Notes under the pieces: model-generated
Seen by the model: only the letters and a program-made list of their open reading frames with translations
What the model was told of the DNA's origin: nothing
The model's database searches: none
Position numbers and translations under genes: made by a program
Part shown: piece after piece, positions 12,514 to 25,886 of the stretch
How positions within the stretch are numbered: the stretch's first letter is position 1
How the letters are laid out: every line of letters starts with the position of its first letter
Source of the DNA: Phoronis australis
Lineage: Eukaryota > Animalia > Phoronida
DNA: 53,573 nucleotides
Direction: 5' to 3'
Assembly (NCBI GenBank): GCA_002633005.1
Contig: NMRA01000241.1
Location: 1-53,573 of the forward strand

Positions 12514-15500
12514 TATTAATATAATTTACAAATAATCAGCAAAATTACTTGTTTTCAGTTTGCTACTCGGATGCTAAATTAATATTTTTTGTCCCTACCC
12601 TAGCAGACGTGGGTCACGGGAACCACTGCTAGGTTCCAACGAGTTTTGGCATCTGCAAATCAAATAATACCTTACATCATGCACTTTGAGAAATTAAACG
12701 TCATTTGGGTTAATTCGTGTTGACTTGGTATGTTAAGGGTTGTGTTAATATGTTAGTAAAAGTATTAGTCGAGATTAGAAAGAACGTCAGCGTCACCGAG
12801 AAAGAAACATCAAGAAATGAAACAAAAGTTTCAGTACTAGAGAATATTACATTTGATGGATGGCCACATTTATCCTTTGGAATAAATGTACGTCATCACG
12901 ACCCAAACATTAATACATTAGGAGAACCCAGACTACAACTAAAATACAGCAAACACTAAAAAATCTATTACAACGACATGAACACCGCTTTGTTTCTCGC
13001 AGGTAGAGAACTGTAACTGCAAGTGTCGGCGACTCCAAATCGTTACCAATAAGAAAAACACCTTTATTGTCATTCATGTAACGGGTAAGACAGCATCTCT
13101 TTGGTTCACTGCCGGTGGTAGCGAGGTCAGTTTCGTGCTTGTCCAGTTCCTCCTTGACCCTGGAAAAACGTCTACATGTCATTAAATTTTAAAATTTGTA
13201 CCTCTCAGAAAACTTTTCGGAATTAAACTTTCAATTATTATGATTCAAGTACCCTTCACAAAACGAAAATCAATTGATTATGTTTTAAAAATTTAATAGG
13301 GTTTTGAGATCTTTTCAGGAACACTTTCTTTCATCAAATTAAATTCTCATTTGTTATTGATGCGGTGCCTTTGTGATTTTTTGCTAATTTTTACAGTTTT
13401 TGAGAGACTTTCTGCTGAAACCAAGTTTGAAACAGCGTACATGAACACAAACTGATGCCTGAATACCTGGCGAGTAGATTTTCACTTCATTTGTCCATAC
13501 CAGACAAGTATAGGGTGAAGATTTGAAGGCTCAAAGAACACTCAAACAGTTGAAACATGTAACATGTAGGTTTACAGCAGATCAGCACCATACTTTTGGA
13601 TTTGATATCATTGATGTAAGGGGTGCTACTGCGCCCATCGTACACTGTCACTGTTCTTAAACTCATATCCTGCATGTTAATGCTATCTTTGTCAGCCAAA
13701 TCCCAGTGGTTCGACCAAAGGCCAAGTCCCTAAAAATCTACAATCAACTTCAAACGAAAACAACACCCTGGAACCAAACAGCAAATATAATCTGAATTGA
13801 AAACTACAAGTGGGGAAGAGTGTGGGAAGAAAGTGAGAAATCATGGTATTCATGGGTCCAAATATGTGCAAGTCCAAATATCCATATCTCCTCAGGTACA
13901 CAGAATTCCAAAAGCCCATTACTTCGATAGTTAAAATGTATGTTGAACATTCATAACACGAGGTTCTAAACAGTTATTTCGAGCAAATTACTCTAGAGTA
14001 TTGGAGCAGGTGCCTGCCTTAAACCAGTTCCTAAAAAAACGGTCACTCTGGAAAGAACCAGGCAAAGTTCAGCAATCTGCACTGAACTGTAGGTTTTACT
14101 TTTATTTCAAGTTTTTGGTTCACCCCCACAATTTTGTTATTACGCTGTTGTTGATTTTCAATCACTGTTTTCTGGTCTCATAGATCTTTGAACTAGATTC
14201 GAACTAACTACTTCTTGTCTATGACGATTTTTTGAACCATCGGTAAGACAGGGCAGTTTCAAAAACATTTCTTTGTCATGTTGTTCGTGTTATGACTTGA
14301 GAGACTTCAGAGTTTAGTACTGTGCACTATTCATACTTGTCCAGTATAAAACGCAAGCAACGTTAGTTTACCTTCATCATTTTCGTCTCAAAGACTTCTT
14401 CTTCCGTTTTGGTTATCCAATGGTTGCAACGTAACTTTGGGGAATGCGTATAACGTGTATATAGACAAAAACGTGTATTAATTAATTCACAAGCAATCAG
14501 CAAAATTTCCTGTTTTCAATATGCTACTCGGATGCTAAATGAAAACTTTTTGTCCCTAGCCCGGCAGAAATGGGTCAAGGGAACCGCAGCTCGTCTTCAA
14601 CCGGTGGTGGAATCTATAAATGACATCAAATAATACCATTCACCATGCACTTTGAGAAACTGAACGTCATTTGGGTTCATTCGTGTTGACTTTCCTGGTA
14701 TGTTCAGGCTTGTGTTAGTATGTTAGTGCAAGTGTTAGTCGAGATTAGAAAGAACGTAAACGTCAGCGTCAAAGAACCACGAAGAGATCAAACAAAAGGT
14801 TTAGTCCTAGAGAATGACAATACATTTGATAGATGGCCATATCTATACATTGGAATAAATGTACGTCATCACGACCCAAACATTAATACATTAGGAAAAC
14901 CCATAATACAACTAAAATACCACAAACATTAAAAATCTATAATTACAACGACATGAACACCACATTGTTTTCTCACAGGTGGAGAACTGTAACTGCAAGT
15001 GTTGGCGACTCCAAAACGTTACCAATAACGAAAGGAAAGCAACTTTATCGTCCTTCATGTAACGGTAAGACAGTATCTCTTCGATTCGCTGCCGGTGGTG
15101 GCGAGGTGAGTTTCGTGCTTGTTCAGTTCCCGTTTCACCCTGGAAAAACGTATACGATTCTTTTCTTTAAATTTGTATCTCAGAGAAATCTGTTCCGAAT
15201 TAAGTAAAACTTTCAATTGTTATGATTCAAGTACATTTCACAAAACGAAAATCAATTGATCATGTTTTAAAATATTAACAGGGTACTGAGATCACTTCAG
15301 GAACACTTTCATCAAATCAAATTCTCTCTTTTTAAAGATACGGTGTCTTTGTTCTTTTTTTTTGCTACATTTTACGGTTTTTAGAGAGTTTGTTCTGAAA
15401 CGAAGTGTGAAAAAGCGTACATGAACAAAGACAGATTCCTAAATGCTTCGCGAGTAGATTTGCACTTCATTTGTCCAAACCAAACAAGTGTTGAATGATG

Positions 15501-15671
15501 TTTTGAAGGCTCAAAGAACACACAAGCAGTCGAAATATGTAACTTTCAGGAGGTTTACAGCTGATCAGCACCATAACTTTTGGGTTTGATATCTTTCATG
15601 TGAGTGGTACTGCAGCGCCCATGGTACATCGTCGCTGTTCTTAAACTCAGATCCTGCATGTTTATGCTATC

Positions 15672-16328
15672 TTGGGTACTAGAATTAGGGACATCAAGGT
15701 CTATGACTTGTATTCCAAGCTTGGATTGATGAGAGTAATACAAAGAAATAAATATCTCTCTGCCTGTTGTATGTACAGGGGTATCAATGGCTTGGATCCA
15801 GCATATCTCAACCGAAAATTCAATACCAGTCAAGCTGTATATTCTACACGCTCTTCTGTTGCTGGAAATGTTTCTTTTGAAAAATTAAAACTGAGACTTG
15901 CAAGAGATCTTTTCTCTATGCTGCTGCTACAACTTGGAATTCTCTTAGCACAGAAATTAAACGGTCCGATTCAATTGATATTTTCAAACGTAATATCAAA
16001 AAGTGCCTGTAATTTGCTTAACCTTTTTGTACCCTACCTGTCTCGATCATGTCATTCTTTTCATTGTCGTAAATACTTTCACTGTGTAGAGTCAGCTCTT
16101 TATTATTTCATATCTCTTAGTTTAATTTTCACCATTATTAGTCATTTCTTTATTGCCTTAATTCTGAACCTGTTTTAATTGTATCGTTTTAAGTATAATT
16201 AATTGTTGCTTTATTACTTCATTGTATCATATTACTGTTTTTTGTTGTTGAGGGCCCTCTTGGAAAGCAGTGCCATCACTGAAGAGACCACCCTTATTTT
16301 CAATATCACAATAAATAAATAAATAAAT
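15672..16328 (+). mobile_element. 5'-truncated L2/CR1-group LINE 3' end
   Basis: MYRGINGLDPAYL...YSTRS...KRSFLYAAATTWNSL matches the L2/CR1-group ORF2 C-terminus, followed by a 3' UTR and an (AATA)n tail at 16310-16328. Confidence 0.85.
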
Positions 16329-17877
16329 GAATCCCTGTCAGCCAAAATCCAGTAGTTCGACCAAAGGCCAAGTCAATAAAAATGTACAATCAGCTGGAAA
16401 CGAAATCAAAACCTTGGAAGCAAACAGCCCATATGATCTGAATTGAAAACACAAGTGAGAAGGATTGTAGGCAGAAGGTAAGAAATCATTATGTTCTTGG
16501 ATCCGAGTGTTTGCAAGTCGAAAAATCCTTATCTCCTAGGGTACACACAATTCCAAAAGTCCATTAGCTCGAAAGTTCACGACACGAGGTTCTAAACAGT
16601 TACTTCGAGCAAAATGCTCGAGAGTATTTGAGCAGGTGTCTGCTTTAAACCAGTTCCTGGAAGAACAGGTGCCTCTGGAAAGAAACCAAGCAAATCTCAG
16701 TAATGTGCACTGAGCTGTGTCTTTTGTTTATATTTTAAATTCTTGGCTTAACACCCCACTACGATTTTGTTGAACCACTGTTTTTTACTTTAGATCACTG
16801 GTTTCTGGTGTCGTAAATCTTCTAACTAGATTCGAACTAACTGGCTCTCCTCTGTGACGGATTTGTGAACCTTCGGTATTATATGGTAGTTTTAAAATAC
16901 AATCTGTTTGATATATGATGTGTGTTTTGACTTGAGAACCTTCAGAGCTTTGATCTGTACCCTATTCATACTAGTGCAGTATGAAACTCAAGCCACGTTA
17001 GTTTACCATCATCATTTTCATCTCAAAGACTTCTTCTTCCGTTTTGGTTGTCCGTTGGGGAATGGGTATGGCATGTAAATAGACAAAAAACGTGTATTAA
17101 TATAATTTACAAATAATCGACAAAAATGTCTGTTTTCCATTTGCTACTCAGATGCTAATTGAAAAATTTTGTTCCTACCCCGGCAGAAATCGGTCACGGG
17201 AACGACTGCTCGGCACCATTTGGTTGCGGCATCTGCAAAGGATATCAAATAACAACATTCATCATTTGGGTTCATTCATGCTGTCTTTCTTGGTATGTTA
17301 GGTTCTTTCGTGCTGTTTTTCTTGGTATGTTAGGATTGTATTAGTATGTTAGTGCAAGTGTTAGTGGGGATGAGAAAGAACATCAGCGTCACCGAGAAAG
17401 AAACACCAAGAAATGAAACAAAAGGTCTAGTCCTCGAGAATGATAATACATTTGATAGATGGGCAGATTTAGCCACTGACATAAATGTACGTCACCACGA
17501 CCCAAACACTAATGTATTAGCAGAACCCAAACTACAAGGAAAATACAGCAAACACTTAAATATCTATTACAACGACTTGGACACCACATTGTTTTCTCGC
17601 ATGTAGAGAACTGTAACTGCAAGTGTCGGCATGGCCAAAAGTTTACTAATAACGAAAGTTAAACACCTTTATCGTCGTCCTTCATGTAACGGGTAAAACA
17701 GCATCTCTTTGGCTCAGTGGCGCTGGTACTGTAACGGGTAAAACAGCATCTCTTTGGCTCAGTGGCGCTGGTACAAGGTCAGGGTCATGCTCGTTGAGTT
17801 CCTGTGACCCTGGAAAAAGGTATACATTTCTATAAGCTGTTCAGATTTTAGTAAAACTTACAAATGCTATGATTTAA

Positions 17878-18287
17878 GGGGAGTGCATACATTGGCCAAA
17901 TCTACAGGTTCTTATCTAAAATAAGCATCATCAACTGGGTTTAACTAGTTAGACATGACTCTGAAAGTGACAAAAATCGTAAAAAAGTTTTCATAGTCGT
18001 CTGTTTTTTTTAAATAAAGAGTTTTTTAATTTTCAAAAATCCAATTTTACATAGATTTTTTTCAAAATGCACAGGGATTATCTTCAACTGTCTCCTTACG
18101 TAATATTCTCCTTATCCATACCAAATATATGTACCAAATCATTATGATATTGATTTTGTGTCATATTTGTGTGTGAGTTGGGGCAAGCACGCCACTTTGT
18201 TATTTGCTCACTTTACGTCTAATAAGTCAAAATTTGGCCCATGTACCAAAAAACCATGGCACGCGATTTTAGTTCAGTCATAGTGGA
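17878..18287. mobile_element. Truncated DNA-transposon fragment at TTAA (Kolobok-like end)
   Basis: Non-array sequence starting TTAA|GGGGAGTGCATAC. Host CAAATGCT.TGATTTAA is duplicated on the far side. No second TIR was found. Confidence 0.45.
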
Positions 18288-19832
18288 TTTCAAATGCTGT
18301 GATTTAAACACCGCTCACGAAAATCAAACTTCAGGAACACTTTTGTCATAAACAAAGACGGATGCCAAAATTCTTGGCGAGTAGATTGTCACATATTTTT
18401 TCCACATCAAAAAAAAAGTGTTCGGTAAAGTTTTGCCGGCTCAAAAACACCCAAGCAGTCAAAACGTGTAACTTTCAGGTTTACAGCTGATCAGCACCAC
18501 CTTTTGTATTGGATGTCATTCATGAAAGTTGTACTACAGCGCCCTTGGTACACTGTCACTGTGAGCAAAGTCAGTTCCCGCATGTTAATGCTATACTTGT
18601 CAGCCGAAATCCAGTAGTTCAACGAAAGGCCAAAATCCTCAAAATCTACAATAATGTTCAAATGAAGTCAACGCATTGGATACGAACTACCCAAGTGAGA
18701 AAGAGTGTAGGCAGAAGGTATGAAATCACGGTATTCTTGGGTCCGAATGTTTGCAAGTTCAAAAATTTGTATCACTTAAGGTACACTCAAGTCCTAAAGT
18801 CCCTTACTTCGAAAGTTAAAATGTTGAACTTTCATGCCACGAGGTTCTGAACAGTGATTTGGAGCAAAATTTTTGAGAGCTTTTGAGCAGGCGCCTGCTT
18901 TGAACCAGTTCCTGGAAGAACGGGTGCCTCTAAAAAGAGTCCAAGTTAAGTTCAGCAATGTGCAATGAACTGTTGCTTTTATTTATATTTTAAATCTTGG
19001 CTTACCCCCACCCCTGCATTTTTTTGCTCCGCTGTTGTTGACTTTAAATCACTAGTTTCCGGTCTCATACATGTTCGAAGTAGAGTCGATCTAACTGGCT
19101 CTCATCTTCGGCGTGATAGGGCAATTTTAAAAACATTTTCTTTGTCATATTATGTGTGTTATGACTTGAGATCCTTCAGAGGGTGGAGCTGTACCCTATT
19201 CATTCTATAGCAGTATGAAACGCGAGCAACGTTGGTTTACCTTATCATTTTCTTCTTAACGTTCAAGCTAAAAACGGCCAAACGAGTATCGTATTGTCTC
19301 AGAGCTCTATTTGACTCGGGCAGCGTCATGCATAATAAGACAACTTAATTGGCAATATACTTTCTTCCAAAAGTACAGTATTAATGTTCTAAATATGTAC
19401 ACATTGTTTACCCCGTTGACTCTCATCTATTTGAACTAATATCACATCCGTAGTACGCCAATCCATATCACTTGTTAATGTTACTAATCCATCACTTTTC
19501 TATTTGCAAGATTTAGCCTAACTCAATGTAATTAAATTAGTGGTGGTGGGAATTTTCATGCCTAGCCTAGTGTTCATAACTTTTGTCCTTACTTCATTAC
19601 TTTTAGTCTATTCACACACTTGTATATACCTCTTTTTCTCTTTTTAGACAAGCATGTTAACTATGAACTGTATGAATTTATCAGTATTTAACTACAAACA
19701 TAATAATTATAATTGTTCGGGTGTCTGGAAAACAAAAATACCCCACTGCTTTTCGTCTAGTACGCTCGACCTCACTCCTCTGCTACGAAAACGACCCCGA
19801 ACTGAGCACTTAAACGTAAAGTTTACTGCACA

Positions 19833-22800
19833 ATGAAGAACTCATGTTGTGATATCCGAGTTATCATTGAGCAATGTCTTTTGACTGCTGGTGACATAGA
19901 GGTCAATCCAGGACCAGGCACTCAGGGTTTAGCCAGCTTCAAGGTCTTATTCACTAATATCAACAGTATCAAGGCGAACAATCTTTCAAGACTTGATCTT
20001 CTCAAGCAAGTTATTACAGACAACAATTACATGGCCATTGCTATATGTGAATCTGGAACACTGTCCGAAGACAACCTCAGTGCACTTATTATTCCAGAAT
20101 ACCACATTGCCTACCACACTAACGCCGGGAGGGGGTTGATCTTGTTTGTCCACAACTCCGTAAATTACAAAACAATTGATGATAAAATTATACAATCAAT
20201 GAGTAACTGTTGGATTGAACTTTACGTCAACCACAAAAAGGTATATTACGTTTTTTTTTATCGCTCACCCTCACAGACGTCCCATGAAAGGAAAGCATAT
20301 TTCAAAACCTTTTCAGAACAAATGCAAGAACTCTCTCAAACTAATAAAACAATTGTTATCAACGGGGATTTCAACGCAAGAAATAGTACTTGGTACTCAG
20401 AAGACAATGACAACCAAGCCGGTCTCGAATTATTCGATATTCTCCTAACAAATGACTGTATACAACTAATAAACGAGCCGACACGTTTAACAGAGTATTC
20501 ACATTCTTGCCTTGATTTATGTATAACAACCAATCTCGGATTAATTGAATCCACTTCTGTAAGGCCTCCCGTTGGTAACTCAGACCACCACGTTATAGAA
20601 ACAACATTCACACTCAACTGCGCACCTAAAGAACCAGACATTATGAAGAAGATCTGGAATTACAACCTCATTAACATGGACAAACTGCGCTCTGACACAA
20701 CCACATTCAACTGGACTGAAATACTTAACAAAAGTGACATAAATGACGCAGTCTCAATATTCACACAGTCACTCTACAACATATTAGATAATAATATCCC
20801 ATCAACCATGAAAACAATAAAAAACAAGAACATACCGTGGTTTAACAATAACATAAGTCTGAAATAAATAAAAGAAATAAACTGTAGAGATCGTTCAGAA
20901 GATTAAATAACCCATGCACGTTCAAGTGCTACAAAGAACAGTGCAAGAGTGTGGAAGAACTAATTAAAAAGACAAAACAAGACTATAAGATGAAAGTTAT
21001 CTCCAATATCAAAAATGTCTCCAAAAATTCTAAGGAATATTGGGATATTGTAAACAAAATTCGAGGACAGGTAAAGCAATCATCATACCCCACCATCCAC
21101 TCAAAAGAATCCAGCTCTCAGGCGTCATCCAATCTTATTTCTAGACTACTTCACTGCCAAGAGTCACATTGCACCAACAATAAACTATCCAGAATTCCCA
21201 AACAGAACATTAGAACACCTCTCTTACATAGAAGCCCAACCATCTGAAGTCAGAAAACTACTAGAAAACATTGACGAAAACAAAAACGACGGTACCAATC
21301 TCATAACCAATAAAATGATCAAGATAATAGCAAGAGAGCTTACACTTCCTCTGACAACATTATACAACAAAATACTACAATCTGGAAAATTTCCTTCGAA
21401 CTGGAAGCTTGGCGTTATGATACCAATACACAAAAAGAACTCCAAAACAGACATTGCCAACTATCGCCCCATAACTCTACTTAACACCTTATCCAAAATT
21501 TTAGAAAAAATCATTTCTCAGCACATGTTTGACCACCTCTCTTCACAAAACCTCATATATCGTCGCCAATTTGGATTCATGCCTGGTAACAGCACTGTGT
21601 CGCAACTTACAGAAATTGTACACGACATCCACCTCCAGTTTGAGCAAGGGTACAACGTGAGATCCGTATTTTTAGACATTGCTCAGCTTTTGATGTCGTT
21701 CCCTACATAAATTACAATCTTAAGGTTTCTCAGGCACTCTTCACTTTTAAAATCATATCTGGAAAATCGAACTTACAAAGTCCGAATTGAGGGTGTCTTA
21801 TCACCTTCATCAACGCCAGGTTTCGTAAATGCTGGAGTACCACAGGGTAGCGTACTAGGCCCCTTACTCTTTTTACTGTACATCAATGATCTTCCAGACA
21901 CGATAAGCTCTAAGACATTCTTATATGCTGATGACACTGCAATATTCCACCCATTCTCAAAAGAGCATCCCCATGACTCCTTACAATTGCAAACTGACCT
22001 TAACAAACTCTATGACTGGTCTCACAAATGGAAGATGAAATTTAAACCTGAAAAAGCGTTGATCTTATATTTTCTAAGTCTAATAATACTCATTTCCAAA
22101 CAAATCCAACACTGGAATTATCACTCAATGGGGAAGTTATCACCAATAAGTTCGCGCACAAACGTCTTGGCTTGCTACTTGACCATAAGCTTACATTTAC
22201 TCCTCATTGTCGCGAACTCGTTCAAAAAGTACAAAAAATAATTAATCCAATTAGAATTATCTCTCGTCATCTCAACTCCATGCATCTTGAAACTCTGTTC
22301 AAGTCTTTTGTACTTCCACATCTAGATTACTGTGACATAATCTACCAATCGGCAAACGTTGACATACTTCTACAATACCAAGCAGCTTTAGCCATAACCG
22401 GGGCATACAAAGGCTCCAACACAATCAAGGTTCTAAATAGTCTTCATTGGAGCAAACTAGCAACCCGTCGTAAACTCCACCTGTCCATGTATACATTCAA
22501 AGTCTTAACCAACATAAACAATTACTCTAACAAAATCCTCTTTGACTCCTACAAAAGACCAAGCATGAGACCAGGACTCCGGCCAAACAATATGTATACT
22601 ATTCCAGCCTCCATCAGCCAAGCCTTCAGAAGATCAACGATATTAACTTGTATTGACAACTGGAATTCCTTACCATTCACAATAAAAGAAAGCACTTCAA
22701 TCGTCACTCTCAAAAATAACTTTAAAATGCATACCACTACTCCAGATTTGCCAGTCCCATTGACATCATTCCAACTTCCCCGCAACCATGAAATAACCCT

Positions 22801-23134
22801 ATACAGATCAAGATGTGGTCTATTCCTAAACAACGAGAAATTTAGACATAATTTTAATAATATTTCGGCTCTGTGTTCCTGTGGAGATATCCAGACATAT
22901 CCTCATGTTTTCTTTGCTTGTGAGGTATGCAAGGAGGAGAGGGTACAGCTCTTCCAGGCACTCGAACAATACCCCAATGTTTATAAAAAATATTCTGAAA
23001 TTCCGCAATTGTACAACAAAATTGATTTCTTTCTATATGGATGTCAAGAACTTTACTCAAACGAAAATAAGGTTTTATTTGAAATAGTATCAGAATTTCT
23101 TTATAACATTAAATCTCTTTGTGTGAGTGGATAG
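19833..23134 (+). pseudogene. LINE ORF2 (2A - APE endonuclease - reverse transcriptase - CCHC finger), broken by stops and frameshifts
   Basis: APE motifs: NINS, ICES, YRSP, GDFNA, CLDL, SDH. RT motifs: [46 protein letters not shown] (21921-21938). C-terminal finger: CSCGDIQTYPHVFFAC. Confidence 0.95.
19890..19916 (+). other. 2A (StopGo) ribosomal skipping motif GDIEVNPG|P
   Basis: Matches D(V/I)ExNPGP, in frame and immediately upstream of the APE domain. Confidence 0.85.
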
Positions 23135-25131
23135 AATTTTATACATCTGTATGAAAATGAATTATTTTCATTCGTTGTAATATATCATTGTATTCTTAAC
23201 ATCAGTTATTTTATTTATTTATGTATTCGTATATAATCATTGTATATAGACTTCTTTGTATTTTTTTACCCAGATCTAATGCCTCTTGGCGCTTTCTGGG
23301 TTATGTATATTCATTGTATTCTGAAGATTTCGTAATAAACATTAAAAAAAATTTCTTCTTAACGACTTCTTCCGTTTTGGTTACCCGTTTGTCGCACTGT
23401 AGCGTTGGGGAATGGGTGTGCTGCAGAAACTTGAGTGCACTGTAACCGGTCGTGACGTTGTGGTCCCGCATATCACGTAAGGATTCTAAACCTTATTTTG
23501 ATGATTTCAACCAAACCTCGTTCTTTTACCTGTTAATGCATACCAAGTGTCAATATTTCAAGTTAAAGGCAGAATCCAACTAAAAACACATGCTTCCTAT
23601 CTCATAAATTGGATATTGTTGTCTTTGGTGCCCGGTGGCCTTTTCCACATTCGCTTAAAGCGTAGGACATGCTTGCCAGTTTAACGGAATTTGTAAGAAA
23701 ATTTCAATTTTTTTTCCAAACTTTTGGTGTTTGGCGAAGTTTACAAAGCATTACATGGTTCAAAGAACTGGATGAGAAAGCCGTTTTTTTGTATGCGTTA
23801 GTAAGCCAAAACCGGATTTGGTATCCTTTTAAGGATGGACAAAGTTCAGTGGTTTAACAAATGACAAGTCGCTCAAATAAAATACAGCAACCAAGACTAA
23901 ATGAGGTTCAATTCCGAGAAGGAATATTATACATATGACCTGAACTGAGAGCTTATAGTGTATTTTACAATGATAAGATATCCCGATTACTCAACTACTC
24001 GTCTTACGCTTCGCGGTTTTTGAGAGAAACCAGGTGTGAAACCCTGTGCATGGATAATGAGGTATGCCTGAATGACTGGCGAGTAGAGTTTTCACTTCGC
24101 TTATCCAAATCAAACAAGTGATCGGTCAAGTTTTGATGACTCAAATGAGGGATTTTTGCAGCTGAAGGAGACCATATCTTTGGTTGTGGTGTCATTCGTT
24201 TCAGTGGTCCTGCAACACCTTTGGTACATTGTAACTGCTTGCGACGTCAGGTCCAATATGGCAATGGTATACAAGTCAGCCAAAGTGAACTGGTTTGACG
24301 AAAGGCCAAGCCGCTAAAAAATCTCCAATAAGGTGAAAAAGAAATCAATCCCCTAGAAGCGATGAACCCTATATGGCCTGAATTGAAAACTGCAAGTGAG
24401 AAAGTATGTGGTTTTCATGGGTCGGAAGGTTTACAAGTCTAAAAATCCACAAATTTGAAGATCACACATTTCCGAAATCTATCAAAAGCTATAAGTTTGA
24501 ACTTTCATAACTCTAGGTTCTGAACAGTGATGTTGAGCAAACCGTTCAGGATGATGGGCGCACCTGTTTGAAACTAGTTCTTCGAAGAGCCTGTGCCTCT
24601 AAAAAGGATCCAAACAAAGTTAGACCATGTGCTCTGAGCTGCCATATCTAATTCTAGTTTACAATTTCAAATTCTAGATAATTATCGTCACCAAAAATTT
24701 GCTGATCGGCTGCCGATGACTTTGAATCACTGTTTTATGATATCAACTAGCTTTTCTTTCTGTCGAATTAGTGAACTTTTGGCCTTAAAAGGCCTTTTTA
24801 AAAATAATTTCACTTGTCGTATTATGAGCGTTCGAACTTGTGAACCTTCGCAGTATCGAGCTGCACCCTACTTATACTAATGCAGTGAGACACGCAAGCA
24901 ACGTTATATTACCTTCTTAGTTTTCGTGTTCCATCTTTCCTCCGTTTCGGTTATCCGTGGGTTTCAGCGTGTCGTTGGTGTATGGGTACAAGTATGGCGT
25001 GTAAATAGAGCAAAACGTGGGTTAATGAAATTTACAAACAATCGACAAATCAACTGTTGTTAATTGAAAAATCTTTGTCCTTGCCTCGACAGTAATCGAT
25101 AACGGGAACCATTGTTTTGCTCCATCTATTG

Positions 25132-25886
25132 GGGGGAGGGGACATCCCGGGTCATGTCTCCTGTGTGTCCCGTTTTGTGCATCTCGGGGTTTTGTTTGTC
25201 CCGGGCTCTATATGTCCAGTTTTCTGTGCATCGGACGGGATTCTATGTGTCTCGGGTTCTGTGTACGCTGGTGTGGTAGTTACCCGTATGCTTCATTCAA
25301 ATACAAGCATTCCGGACAATCTCTCCAGGGGCACAATGGCTACTTTCACACCGGGTTTGATTTGTCTCTGGTCAGCACTCAACCAGCCAAGCAAATCAAC
25401 ATATGATCGGCTTTTGTGACCTAGTCACAATCTCACAAACTAAAGGCATATGTTCAGCAGGTGAGCTTAGGCTACATTCGAAAATTCCAGGGTGCGTTGC
25501 TTGATCTGACAACGGCGATGAGGAGGGTTCATAAAAACAACACGTTATTTTATTACTTGTCAGGCCCTCAAAAAGCAGGATCGGAAAAGCACTTCAAAAT
25601 TGTCACGTGGGCCTAAAATGGCGATTGTAGGTAAACCTTGCACACTGTCCGCTTAGCGCCTGAACTACAACGCAACAGACCGGGACACATAGAACACAGG
25701 ACACATAGAATCCGCAGGTACGTATATAGAACCCGGGCCGGCACATAGACTCGCTGGTTCCGTGCGTGCACGCAAGGAACCAGCGAGGCACATAGAACCT
25801 GGAATACACAGAATCCGAAATCCATAAAACGGGGACACATAGAACCCGGGACACATAGAACTCGACACAAACAATCCGGGACACAA
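25132..25886. mobile_element. Foldback-type insertion with inverted arrays of a ~16-bp repeat
   Basis: TTCTATGTGTCCCGGG-like units at 25140-25265 and the inverse CCGGGACACATAGAA units at 25680-25885. The flanking host 19-mer is duplicated (25113-25131 vs 25887-25906). Confidence 0.6.

Larger units (their letters stand above)
19262..23351 (+). mobile_element. Full-length ~4.1-kb non-LTR retrotransposon (CR1/L2 group), single ORF, inactivated
   Basis: 13-bp TSD TTTCTTCTTAACG at 19249-19261 and 23352-23364. AATAAA at 23334 precedes an A8 tail. The array sequence resumes after the TSD. Confidence 0.95.

Noticed and set aside
14978-15070. Splice-like signals (TTTTCTCGCAG ... GGTAAG) in each array unit suggesting a tandem alternative-exon cassette
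   Set aside because: The only open phase has stops in several units (e.g. near 5955 and 10570), and the acceptor is lost in others.
17685-17774. 45-bp local tandem duplication inside an array unit
   Set aside because: Ordinary slippage duplication confined to one unit.
20336-20641. Antisense and alternate-frame ORFs over the LINE, hAT and Kolobok genes
   Set aside because: Shadow ORFs of the real coding frames.
25680-25885. Short repeats with variable spacing resembling a CRISPR array
   Set aside because: These are degenerate contiguous tandem units without unique spacers, in a eukaryotic context with no cas genes.
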